A stretch of DNA of 64,000 nt, taken from assembly GCA_964016885.1 (NCBI GenBank), contig OZ024741.1, positions 232,190,001-232,254,000 of the forward strand. Direction: 5' to 3'. Every line of letters starts with the position of its first letter. Position 1 is the stretch's first letter. The notes beneath the pieces were generated by a model that saw only the letters and a list, made by a program, of their open reading frames with translations, was not told where the DNA came from and searched no databases. Of the stretch, positions 24,701-37,539 are shown piece after piece. The translations under genes and the position numbers were made by a program. Origin of the DNA: Eledone cirrhosa. Its lineage: Eukaryota.

Positions 24701-25922
24701 TTCCATTTAAAAGTAAGTATTGTTTTATCTTTAAAACCCATAGCCTATGGCCTCTTGTTGCCTTTCATATCTTCACCATAGTAACCCTTTTAATGTAACA
24801 GAAATCATTCTTATTTTCACTAACAAAACACATAGTAATGTAATTTCTGCGGCAGTAAGTAAATTTGACCCACACACATTTCACTGCAGTAACTCATATT
24901 ACCTATACAGTATCTCCCGAACTGTGAACAAATTAGTTATGTATTGGAGGGCAAAATACCAAATTGCACCAGGTGTATGAAAACAAATCCGCTTAAGACA
25001 TTTGAACTCATGCAAATGGAGGCAAATTTACAACTTCAAATTCATTTCTTGCAACACCTCAACCTTACTAGTAAAATAAAAACAGGAGTATCTATATCCC
25101 ACATACCCCGAGCGTTCATATTTACCAGAAGGAATTTGCCGCAACTTATCCTGAAGCCACACATAGTGACACCTCCTCCATATTCAATAAAAGCAGAAGA
25201 TTGGAGGACTACACAATTTGAATCCGAATGACAACTGCTAGTGGAGCAGCGAGTGGTTACAGAAATGCTGTATATTGAAAACAGCGCCACAACCCTAAAA
25301 TAAAAATAAAAACATCACTAAAGCCAACAACGCAACAAAGCCTCCCAGAACAACCTCAGCAATGGTGGCTTCAACAACTACTATTACAAGTGATCTAGAA
25401 AGCCAGAAGTGTTAAAGCAACAAAGAAAGGCACAACAGTCGTGGAGCAGGAAGATAAAACAAACTCACCAGCAAGCCTCAACCACAATAAAAGAAACAAG
25501 AACAATTTAACAGGAACTTCATCTACACCTCTTCCGAATATGAAAATTTGATTTGATGGAATGTGTACAATACAACAAATACAATATTATTTCTTCGAGC
25601 GTGAGACTGGACGGGATAATGTTCTTCAGATCCCTATAGGGAGGAGATTTAGTGAGGACTATATTTGAAATATATATATCTCTTAGAAAAGTTTGCCCAT
25701 AAAACGCAGGAATCATAAAATTATTTCAATAAAGAGAGCTGTACGGCCACAATGAACAAGACGATTAGCCATGTCATGTATCCTGCTTTCTCCTCCCCCT
25801 CCTCCTCCTTAATGTTTGTAGGCATCATAATAGCATGGGGCCTGGGGTCGGCATGGACACGGAGACGTCTGCCCAACGAACCTAGTTCATTGCGCCTGGA
25901 TGTGCTGCACCATTGTGTAATT

Positions 25923-28120
25923 CAGGGGTCACCAAACTCTTTTCACCGTGGGCCGGATAACTGACAGAATGACGAGCGCGGGACGCATAATCATTCTGTT
26001 CAATACTTGCAAGCCAGAACGAAAGCTCTGGGAAAAAAGACGAAACACTACGTTTAGCATTCCATGTTAATCGTGGGTGAGTGGCGTGCAATGCATAAAA
26101 GGCAAAGACAACCAACATATTTATTTACTAAAAAGTTATCAAAGGAGGCGACGTTAGCAAAAATATAGTTACATCAGCCCTATCCGAATCTTACAAACTA
26201 AGCAGCAAAAAAGGTTAGTGAGATTTGGGAAACTGTCGTTTGGCTTTCAAGATATCATCAATGTTTTGTTTGGAATTGCTGCATCCAATCAAGAGAATTG
26301 CTTTCAAATGTTCATCAGTCAATCTCGTTCGATGTGTTGACTTCACATACTTCATTTTTGAAAATGTTTGCTCACAGACATAAGTTGTTCCAAACAATGA
26401 TGCCATACCAGCGGCAAATTTCTTCAATTTCGGAAACTCAACATCAGGTAAGAAGCGGTAAAATTCAACAAGTTTTCCTTCTCAGTGCTTCTCTTTCAAC
26501 AAGTCATTTGCTTGCAAATCAATGAGTTCCAACTGTAGTTCAACTGGATTCTGGAACAGAAGAATGTCACTCTCAATTCTGTCGAGATCTGAAAATCTCT
26601 CCAACAAATGCTTCTTCAAGTCACGAATAATCTTTTTTAGGAAAATCGATGTTGACATCTTCAGCAATTGTAGCGCAAAACTGTTTGAAACAGTGAAAAT
26701 GAGAGAAGTTTTCTCCTTCCAGTTGTGCTTCAAACGATGACAGCTTTCTCCGAAATCCTTTGATGATTCTGTAGAGATCACAGACAAGGTTATCCTTTCC
26801 CTGAAGTTTCAAGTTCAGTTCATTCATGTGGGATGTGATGTCGACCAAAATTGACAACTTTGACAGCCAGGTAGGATCTGACAGCTGTGGATCAGCTCTA
26901 TATTTTTCAGCGAGAAAAACATCTAATTCGTTTCTGAGCTTGTAAAAACGAAACAGGACTTTACCGCAGCTGAACCACCTCACTGCTGTGTGATAAGGCA
27001 AGTTACAGAAATCAGAATCAATTTCTTCAAGAAAAACCTGGAACTGACGGTGATTGAGTGCATGTCCCCGAATGAAGTTCACAGCAGAAACGACTGGTTT
27101 CAGTACACAAGAAATATCCAACTCTTTCCCATAGAGTGCTTGCTGATGTATGATGCAGTGTATGAACAGAGCGCCCCGAATTTGCAAATCTTCCAACTGA
27201 GTCCTGATCTCCCCCACCAGACCCTTCCTCACTCCAGCCATGTTTTTTCCACCATCAACTGTAACACTTGGAACTGATTCCACTGAAAGTTTTCTGCACT
27301 TCCATGAAAATGTATTTTCCAGTTGTTGTTCCATGCATGCAGCAAACGGATGCCAACTCTTCCTTTATCTGAAAGTCCAAATTGACACCACGAATGAAGA
27401 CAAGAAGTTGTGACGTACTCGAGAGATCAGTAGACTCATCCAGCGCCTGAGAATACCACAAGTTCCTAGCTTTCTCTCGTATCTGTAGCACTATGTTCTC
27501 TCCAAGTTCTTCTGTTCTCCGCGCAACTGCACTTGCTGAAAGGCTGATATTTCCAAACAAATCGGCTTTCTGAGGACACAAGTCATTTGCTGCTTCCATG
27601 ATACAGTCTTTAATGAAGTTGCCATCAGTAAACGGTTGTCCTTGCTCTGTCAACTTATGCACTATTTTGTAAATTGTACGAGTGACAGATTTATTTTCAG
27701 CAAACTTTCTTGCGGAGAGATTTCTCTGAGACTCTAAACCACGTTTCATGGACACATATTTCACAGAGCGTAACGTTCCAGAAAACTTTAAATATGTTGA
27801 TAGATGTTTTGTTTCATAGTGACGCCGGAGATTTTACTCTTTCAAAACGGCAACACTTTCACTGCATACCACGCAACTAGCTTTCTGGTCCTTTGTTTCC
27901 ACAAAGAAGTACTTTACTCCCCATTCTTCATTGAAAACCCGACACTCGGCGTCCACTTTTATTTTCTTACTAGCAATAATAAAGGGTGAAGAAAATGGGA
28001 TCTGAAAATGAAAAAGACATTGAATTAGAAACATTTCGTGTTCCATCCGTTTTATCACGCAAATGCAAGTACCGTCGGCGGGCCTGATCCGGACTGCGGG
28101 CCGCAGTTTGGTGACCCCTG
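25923..28120 (-). mobile_element. hAT (Charlie/SPIN, GTF2IRD2-like) DNA transposon with broken transposase
   Basis: TIRs CAGGGGTCACCAAACT / AGTTTGGTGACCCCTG; perfect 8-bp TSD GTGTAATT; motifs ALDESTD, TVDGGKNM, IHCIIHQQAL, FGTTYVCEQTFSKM. Confidence 0.95.
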
Positions 28121-29199
28121 GTGTAATTGCTTACATTCATTCTCGATGATTACAAACATAGGCATCGTCCTGGACGTGAGAATAGCGACATAAGTGCTTT
28201 TAAACTGATGACAATCTATACCCCAGCACGAGAACGGTGGTCACTCATTCATAGTCTTAGTGACAACCCTAAACCATGTCACTCACTAGTACTAGAGGGC
28301 GATATACGGCATTTTGTACGTACGCACAGATTCTGTAACAATAAACGTTAGATGTACTATATACAAAATCCTCGCTAACCTGTTCAGTTTTATCCAATTG
28401 TCTGAAAGTTTTAGTTGCGATTTTTCAGATGGGTCATTATGAGCCTGTCAAATAGCAGTGACTCCTGTAGAACTTATCTAGAATGTTGTTCAGGTTTCAA
28501 TTAGAAATAGTGTAAGTTACTCACAACATTTTATAATTGCCTATCATTATAGAGTCCAGTGAGAAAGATCTCTCTGTCTGATATCTTATCTCTATATAAT
28601 ATCCACTCACTGAGGTGTTTAAGTATTAGAGACTAATTTGTGCCATCAAATTAAACCAGATCATATGTCAGGGTGCCCTTTGCTGGAGCTAAGCGCCTCT
28701 TTCACAGAGCAGAAATATTTAAAAGGGATGGGTTTCACTCAAAAGATAACAATAAAATTTACATCAGTTATCTTTAGCACAATTAACCAAAAGTAGAGGT
28801 ACCCTAACCTTTCACAATCTATGTACATATCTCTTTCTTGAACTGGCCATTTGCAACTCCTGATTCCACCAGCAGAACGCTCATATGGTTTCACCAAAGT
28901 TAGAAACATGGGCATATTCTTGATTATTCCATCTGTCGTAAACGAGATTTCAGGTTCTCTGCAATGCCTGGGTCATGTGAGGAACAGACAATGATCATGT
29001 GTGTGGCAAATAGACTCCAGAACATTGGAACACCAGATGAATTAGGTTTTGGGCTCTAAAGTCCACGTACACGATACCACTCAGGTCTAAGGGTGAGTCT
29101 GTCCTTTTTAAAGATTCGAAACTACGCTGGAGCGAGCAATTTACGAATCCATCGGAGTTTTGCGCAGGTATCTTTAATAACTTGCCTCAATTGTATATA

Positions 29200-29990
29200 A
29201 TTCAAGAAATGTCAGATCATCCTAATCTGTAGATGTCCAACAGACTGTAGGGAAGATTGATACCTGGAAGGCACCAGGTATTGATGGTATTCAGTCTTGC
29301 TTCATAGATGTGACAAAATTGGGTGGACATTTACCGTTTGATTGCTGATAATCGGAGACGTACGCCTGATTCTCAACTATGGATGCATGCGATACTTGTT
29401 TCCTTGTTCAAGGGGAATAACTCTTCTTGGAACAGGGGGTAATGTTTTTGCAAATCATCTCTCTAATAGGCGAACCAAATGTATTTGCCCTTGAGTGATT
29501 AAGTAGACACAATGTAGCTTTAGACTAGGCAGGAGGTTTATGCCAACTTTAGACCAGCTTTAGACCAGCTTTAGACCAGCTTTAGACCAGCTTTAGACCA
29601 GACAGGAGCACAATGGACATGATCGTTCTTGCTGAGCAGCTGAAGGTAAAATGTTTAGAATGTCACGTGGTTTTGACCCAGGTTTTTATTGACCTCACCA
29701 AGATATTGACTCCGCGAATACGGATGATCTGTGGACCATTCATGTTAAGGAGAAATACACACCGGGTTTCGTGAGATTGTTCAAACAACTACATCGAGGG
29801 AAGAAAGGGAGGGTTTACTCTGCAGGTTGTCTGTCTAAACTCATAGCCATTTTAAATGGCGTTCAAACAAATAGACATCCCAGCACCGACTCTGTTCTCC
29901 TTGTTCTTCGTCGTGATACTCAAAGAAGCTTTTCAGAATTGCGATATATGTGTGTACCTACATTTCAGAACCACGGAAAGAGTGGAGAAT
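29200..29990 (+). mobile_element. Decayed RTE LINE RT fragment
   Basis: GKAPGIDGI, FRPDRSTMDMI, VFIDLTK motifs; internal 11-bp tandem repeat (TTTAGACCAGC) about x5 at 29548-29600. Confidence 0.7.
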
Positions 29991-30101
29991 TAACAGAATA
30001 TTATATTTTGACAATTTAATATGCCGTGAGTTAAAATATATATATGTATATATATGATTCTTTACAGACGAGGGCCACCTCTTCAACACTGTTGTTAGAT
30101 T

Positions 30102-30137
<36 letters not shown>

Positions 30138-30142
30138 GAGAG

Positions 30143-30183
<41 letters not shown>

Positions 30184-30354
30184 GAGAGAGAGAACGGGTT
30201 AAAAACCGCTCGGTAAAACGTGCGTACGTGAATATGGTTTGCTTAATTGTTGTGGAACTAACTCTATATCGAGATATAACCTCCATTCTTTACCACTGTG
30301 TATATATATCTATGTGTGTGTGTGTGTATATATATTTAGATTCTCTTTGATCAG

Positions 30355-30445
30355 TGTCAAATTCCGCGGCTATGGTGAAGATATTTGTAATTGGATTGTT
30401 GCTGATCCTCTGTCTCCTTGGAATGGGGTTAATGTACTTATTCTG
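30355..30445 (+). CDS. Host receptor gene, transmembrane exon (VSNSAAMVKIFVIGLLLILCLLGMGLMYLFW)
   Basis: ttctctttgatcag acceptor, TG|gtatgt donor; phase 1 in (matches the EGF exons), phase 2 out; hydrophobic stretch of about 22 aa. Confidence 0.8.
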
Positions 30446-31150
30446 GTATGTGATTTTTTTCTTTTATCATAATTATTTTTCTAACTAATACTTGATTTTG
30501 CATGAGTATGAGGTGTAGTTATATAATCAATAATAATACTTTTTGTTATATAGTTGGATATGAGGGTAATGGAACTCAGTAGATTTCAGCGATGAGTGTT
30601 CAAATTATTTGGTGACTAAAATTAGCTAATTTTTAAAGAACTCTTTAACTTAATTTCATTCATAAACCTTAATTGTAGCCAAAGGTTATGTTAACAAACA
30701 GTAATTCATAATACCATGCAGTGGGAGCGATATCATAACAGCATGAAATTAATATTTGCCGCAATTCGTCTATGCTGCGCTCATTGAGGCATACACTTTA
30801 CTTAATTCCTAAGTCATAAAATTACAACGATATATATGAATACATATTTTCCCCTTTACGTGGCTTTTTGTGAAAATGAATTGCCACTTATATTGATAGC
30901 AAATTAAATAATTGCCATGATATTGCAATAAATATTGGACAAAATTATTGCTTCATATTTCTTGCCCAGGGAATTTTGTTAGATTTCTTTACTTGACACC
31001 GACTCAGTATTTGTGTTGATGTTGAAACGATAACATAAATATGTCTCAAAAATATTTGAACACTGAGACACCAGTCAAAAAGCTATAAAATTTACATTAT
31101 ATTGGAAGTTAGAAATGTCAGTGGTGTGAATGTGTTCGACTTTAACAGCA

Positions 31151-31231
<81 letters not shown>

Positions 31232-31469
31232 CTGTAGTAGTATTGCTTATAATAAATATTTCTAACACAGGTAACCTCATATAAACTAACATGACATATT
31301 TATTAAGAAATGTAATCGCTGTGCTCTATATGAATGTTAAATAATCTACCGACGACGTAGTTGCGACGAAAACCAAAATCCTCTCGCAGCGTAAGAGATA
31401 AAGTAAGCGAGATAAGTTTCTATTACGTGACACACTGGTTGATAATAAAATATTTACATGATGTTTCAG

Positions 31470-31671
31470 GAAGAAAAGACGCGGAGTAATGGAAGGAGAA
31501 GAAGAAGAAGAAGAAGAATGGGACGATGAAGAAGAAGAGGAAGAAGAAGAACATGATGAAGAAAAAGAAGTTGAAGAAGAAAAAGAAAAAGAAAAAGAAG
31601 AAGAAAAAGAAAAAGAAAAAGAAGAAGAAAAAGAAAAAGAAGAAGAAGACGGAGGAGAATCAACACATTAA
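31470..31671 (+). CDS. Host receptor gene, terminal exon: WKKRRG stop-transfer signal and Glu/Lys-rich cytoplasmic tail
   Basis: gtttcag acceptor; phase-2 join TG+G gives Trp, then KKRR directly after the TM helix; in frame with ORF 31489-31671 to TAA. Confidence 0.8.
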
Positions 31672-31804
31672 TGATGACACTCTGGAAATACAGGGAAGTA
31701 GACGGTTTGAAGGTATTCCGCAAGATACGCGTGCGTTGCTTCTTAGTGACGCTTCATTTTGTATATTTGTTTTTTTTGTGACACGATGATAGTCGCGAAA
31801 ACCA

Positions 31805-31810
31805 AATAAA
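31805..31810 (+). promoter_or_regulatory. Candidate polyadenylation signal
   Basis: AATAAA about 135 nt after the stop codon; the motif is common in AT-rich DNA. Confidence 0.4.
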
Positions 31811-32974
31811 TAATTGTTTAGTCCCTGTTATTTTATACATGTTTTATATTTTTCCAAAATATCATAGAAGTCAATTGATACACATTGTAGATAATAAGGA
31901 CACCACCATATGGAATTGAATGAGGCCGGCATCCTTTTGAGGAACAAGTGTACTGCCATATGTTGGCACTATCTTGTGGGATGAGACACAATATTGCGTA
32001 CATAGACACACACACATACTTATGCATATACACATAATCGCGTGTGTATATATCCTACCAGAGGCATCCGGTGTTGCCCGGGGATGAAATTGTTCCTTAT
32101 ATATTAAAAGAAAGAAGCAAAATATGTTGTATAGAAAGTTATTATTCTAAATTCAATTTATTCTTCAAGTGGTATAAATGATGAAATCAATTCTGAATTG
32201 ATAATACAAGATAAAAAAAATACAAAACTTACCACTTTTATGAAGCGAGATAAATTCAATCCCATAGAAGGAAATTATGCAAGAGCTTCTGGGTAAACAT
32301 CATTCTTCGTTTTCTGGTTTAGTGTATACACAAATACGTATTTTAAACTACCCACCCTGGATCAACCAACATAAAGTTGACCATGAGTTAACGCAAGGCT
32401 CAATTAAGTGCAAACCAGTAGATTTCAAAGTCTGACCTTGACGGTTATTGATTGACATTGCGAAGAAAATCGCAATGGGAATTTTGTTGGTTTGAACTCA
32501 AATGTCATGTCTGTTGGTTTCATTGGAATTCATGGAATGAAAATATCTTCTTCAGAGGCACATCCAGTGATGATTGTAGCTTCTATCACATTATGTGATA
32601 ATTTCTTCGCAATCAACCTTGTCTCATTACATAATTTAGAAGAATCTAAATTTCTTAGAAGCATTATTGGGACTTATACCTTAAGAAAAATGTTTATGTT
32701 GAGGAATTCCAGTGGCCCAAGTGAATTAAGGAAGTCTTTTGGTTAGTGGACAACTTGATTTTCATCGAGGAATTAATCAACTGATTAGTACTCCAATATG
32801 ATTGTTGGAATCTTATTCATTAATTCATGGTTAATGCTTGCTATTCTCTCGTTTTTATTTAGCAAGAATTGCCCTTTCACAAAACCATTTATGTGAATTA
32901 TAATTATTACTGAAGTTTGGAAATACGCTGTCCTTCAATTCAGCTGTGGGGATTTACCATGATGATAATTGTTT

Positions 32975-33160
32975 CTACATTTGGCACAAAGCCAGCATTT
33001 TTCCAGTGTATTACTGGTACTTTATTTTATCGACCCCCGTAAGGATGAAAGGCAAAGTTAACCTCGGCGGGATTTCAACTCAGAATGGCAAGGGCCGTAA
33101 CTCTATGCGCCAAGGCATGGTGTCCGACCCTCTACCGATACTGCCAATGCACCGCCATGA
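32975..33160 (-). mobile_element. OK-like SINE nested in the Helitron
   Basis: Reverse complement of the SINE family at 6345. Confidence 0.85.
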
Positions 33161-33451
33161 TAATAATATGAGCAAAATTGATATCACCATTCCCATGTAC
33201 TGCTACTTTCCCATTTCCAAATTGGAGAAGTTGGGTTGAAAACTGTTCTGCAAATTGGTCCCCATGTAATAAAGCTCGCATGTTAGTATTGAAGGAGAAT
33301 GTTTGTACTGTATTCCATAGGAGCGAATACTTAATGCTTGCTTTTATTTCATCAGCTCATGTTATTCTCGGAATGACTAGTAATATCTGTCTGAAGTTTC
33401 CTGAAAAAACTAATGTAACTCCTCCCAGAGATTTATTGTTGCCTCTTATGT

Positions 33452-33720
33452 GGTGGAGGCACGTAGCCTAGTGGTAAGGGTGTTAGACTTACGATAATAA
33501 TTTCATGGCTTCGATTCTTTGGTTGCGTGTTGTGTTCTTGACCAAAAGACTTCACTTCACGTTGCTCCAGTATACTCAGCTGAAATGAGTACCAGCAGTA
33601 GCTGGAGTGTTAAACCTGCGATGGACTGGTGTCCTGTCCAGGGGCTAGTCTTGTACTCTCAGTCGCTTCAGACCTTGAATCAGGAATAAGCATTGGCCTG
33701 ATGAGCCTCCTGGCTTATGA
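33452..33720 (+). mobile_element. Second tRNA-derived SINE family nested in the Helitron
   Basis: GGAGGCACGTAGCCTAGTGGTAAGG (A box), GGCTTCGATTC (B-box-like), then a body with CCTGCGATGGACTGG...TCCAGGG. Confidence 0.7.
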
Positions 33721-36274
33721 CAGATTTATGTCCTGTAAGGACTTAGCAAGAGCTTCCATTGCAACTCTATGTAACACGGGTTTTTCAGCCAAACGACCAG
33801 GTGGCATTGGCGCATAAATTGGACTGTCATTTGAGAATAGGTTTAGCGGTAATTTAAAAGCAGAATGTACTGTTTGTCCTCCTGGAAGAAGGGTGGCAGT
33901 AATGCCAGATGATGCTACTGCAACTGATATTCTTTTTGTTGCCTTATTAAGAGAAGAAATGATGTTACAACTGTTTTACCTGTGCCACCTGGAGCATCTA
34001 GAAAGAGAATACCCCCCGCTTTTTTCTCTGACTGATGAAATAGTTTTGTTATATGAAAAGCGTTGTTCTGGAAGAAGTTTAGGTTCATGTTCATTTACAA
34101 ATGCAGCCAAATCTGTGATGTCATAATTTGTTTCTCTTGCCATGTCTCTTGAATTTAAATCACTAATTTGACGGTTTGTATTTAGCAGTCCAGAGAGAGA
34201 CTCTTGCAATCATTTACCTGCCATGCCCAAAACGTGATCATCAATCTCAATCAGTGCTTGGTAGAAATGTGTTTCAGAGAACTGTATGATACCTGGATTT
34301 GAATTTTGAACTGCATACATTAATTCTAAGCAATATCCACATGATGCTTCATTCAAAGCTATAGGGGACTGCCAAGTTGACACATATTCAGTATAATTGC
34401 AAAAAAGGTTACGGAGTTTCCTTGGAGAATCTTACACTGATGCTTCAGCCAATGCAAGTTTCCTCTTCTGCCATTTATTTTTTTCTGCGGGTGTCAAATA
34501 CACAGGTTAATGGATACTGGAGTGCACCATATAATCAGTGGGTGCATTTATCTGCTGTATCTTATTTCTACTTCCTTGAATAATAATATCTCTCTTCCCC
34601 TACTCGTCGCCTCTAATAATTGCTGCTATTTCATTTTCTGTTGGGGAATTGTAGTGGCATCTGTGTTCAACAACAGGCTTTTTGTCTGTATCAAAAACTA
34701 TCTTGTATTCAGTGGGTAGTGCAGATTCCATTGCATACTTGAGGCTTCTGATGTCGCTATGGTTTGCAGGCAACATATCTTGCATATCAAATATCATTCT
34801 TCTATCAAAGCTGGAAGGTTAACTGACCGTTGCAACGCCTGCTCCTTGTAATTTGCCACAAAATATAGCTGTAAAAACTGAGAATGTTTGCCTTCAGTTG
34901 GCAACAGAAACAACGATACGATGGTATACCTGACTTGAACCATAACAGTTGGCTTCATGTTCCCTTCTCTTATAGTATTGCTACCAAAGGAGGTCATTCG
35001 GAAAGCAGAATTCAAATTCCTAATGCTTTTCAAGAAGTGCATGCTCCTTGCTGTGTTTCCCAAAAGCAATGCCTTCAATGTATCTGGGTGTGTACTAAAT
35101 ATTGGTAAAACAACCGTTCCTCTACTGCAAAACACAGTGGTGTTTTCTTTTTTCCATATCTTTCCTTTGAAAGAAACTGCACTCTTTTGACATTGCTCCA
35201 ATATCAATCAATTTCTCTGTAAAATAATAATGTTTTGGATCATAGTTGAAAGCTGATCATTTCCAAATCCCCTTGAAAGTTGCAACTACTTTGTCAAAAG
35301 TATTCAGCCTATCTATATCAAGATGCATACGTCTTTCATATGAGGTGTGGTGAATTCTTGCAGCAACTGTTTGCTCCTGGTGTTTTCTTTGTTTAAACTC
35401 TCGCTAACCTATTGTCTCATTGGTAACTCCGGCAGCTTGTCTTTGTCTTGCATCATTTAAATACATTTCTCTTTCTCTGTTTGACTCTTCGCTCCTGTGT
35501 GTTGCATTTTGTTGACGTAATTGTTATAACCGTTTTTCCCTTGCCTCTTGTGACTCATTGGTCCTGCTTGCAGCTGTTCTACTCCGGTCGATTTCATGTC
35601 TTTGCTGTCGCTGTGCAGAGGTCTCTAGTGACCTTGCTCTGGCTAACTCTACTCGTCTTTGCTTCACTATAGAATACTAATCATCTACATCTACCCCCGT
35701 CTCCTTCTGTAGATAGTGAGAGCATTTTTCACAGGAAACTTTTTGATAATTAAAATGGGGATTAAATGAAAAAATGAGTGAATGGTACATGAATACCTTC
35801 ACAAGAGTGATTAAAATAAATGGCGATTGTGGAACGCCGCACGCACACACACACGCGCCGCGTAGAGACACGCGTGCACGTACACACACAAGCACTCACT
35901 CACACAATTTAATAGTTTTCACTTCCGGTGGAACACCGCACGCACGCACGCACACAAAAACACACACACTCACGCACGCAAGCATGCGTGTACGTATGCC
36001 CACGTGTTAACAGTTATTGCTTTCCTTTCCCTCCTATTTCCACACACATCACACACACATGTATCTACAATGACGCATATACGTACAGTATCAAACATAC
36101 AGCATATCCCTCTTTCTCCCTTTAACTGCATCTTTTTCAGCGTCTCCTATAGAAAATTGTTCTCTATCGGTGTGTCTTCTCTCTGTCTTTTTCTTATTCC
36201 GTTCCTCTCGCTCACGCATTTTCTTTCTCACGCTCTGTACCACTTCCCCTCATTTAGTCTATGTCTGTTTTTTT

Positions 36275-36349
<75 letters not shown>

Positions 36350-36539
36350 TTCTCACTCACCCACACACGATTTACATTTCTCCCTATATCGAAAGACGCT
36401 GTGACGAATGAGGAGTTGGGGGAGAAGTAAAGAGTTACTTGCTCACATCGCCTCTCTGTTTCTTTCACTCCCCTCTCCATCCTTCATTGGCATTATGCGC
36501 AGACATACAATTACATACATCTGCTAATATATAAATATA

Positions 36540-37326
36540 CTAGCAGAATGGCCCGGCGTTGCTCGGGATTTGCTATAGGGTTCTTATATATTTGATATAT
36601 ATTTATCCTTATCGAACCTCGTGAAATAAATACGTTTGTTTATATTTTGTTATTGTGTATGCAAAAATATCTGTCCATAAATATATAATTATATATATAT
36701 ATATATATATTAAAATAACAGACTAAAGTTTAAGCAAAGAATCACTGCTTTCACCCTTAACGGGATATTCTACCTAAAAGCAGTATGAAGTACATACACT
36801 AAGACTAATTGATGTAATCTTTGGCCTTGTTTGTTTATATTTTGTTTTTGTGTATGCAAAAATATCTGTACACGAATATCTATATTAAAATAACATATTA
36901 ATGTTTAAGCAAAGAATCGCTGCTTTCAACCTTAACGGGATCTTCTTAAACTAAAACAAATTAATCTGGAAAACAGGAAGACAAATACTTTGGTTAGTGA
37001 AGACGTTCCCTGGCATAAGAATATATACACACACTGATCGCGTCTTAATGACGTAATGCAGACATCAGGCATACAGACAGATATTATGAAGGGGCGACGT
37101 CACATCTATGTATCTATCTAAAAAGAGAAAGACTAAGAGAAAGAGAAAGAGATCGCTAAATCGTCTAATGCGGTCCCTAGGGAATTGAACATTTGAAATG
37201 TGTTTTGCTGAAAACACTGCCTGGGTCATACGAGTTACATGTATACAGATTGAAAAAAACCGGTTGGGTACTTCTCGAGTTTTAGGGAAACAGACACACA
37301 GACATCCTCTGTTTTATATATATAGA
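36540..37326 (-). mobile_element. Non-autonomous Helitron
   Basis: Minus strand starts A^TCTATATATATAAAA (37326) and ends CCCGAGCAACGCCGGG...CTAG^T (36540): canonical termini and A^T target. Confidence 0.8.
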
Positions 37327-37539
37327 TAGATCGATATAGGTGAGGAGACGGTTGATTTTGACAGGAGCTGATGGAAAGAGTTTGAGTACTCTTCAGCCAT
37401 GACTCTCTCAAGAAGAAGAAGAAGAAGAAGAAGAAGAAGAAGATCCACGGAGAGGGACGAGACGTTCCATAGTCACTCATGGAAAAAAAAACCACCTAAG
37501 ATCACGGGTGTCCTCGTCTATGTGGTAGGTACCCTGCCC

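Larger units (their letters stand above)
32055..35400 (-). mobile_element. Decayed Helitron with RepHel (PIF1 helicase) remnant
   Basis: Minus-strand FAMSINNRQGQTLKSTGL...HGQLYVG, VAVASSGITATLLPGGQTVHSAFKLPL, IRNLNSAFRMTSFG; 3' hairpin with degenerate CTAG at 32055-32082. The 5' end is uncertain (up to about 36538). Confidence 0.85.

Noticed and set aside
31526-31789. Poly-Lys ORF and the antisense Leu/Phe ORF (31466-31723)
   Set aside because: Alternative frames of the GAA-rich exon; only the Glu-rich frame fits the splice phase and the KKRR junction.
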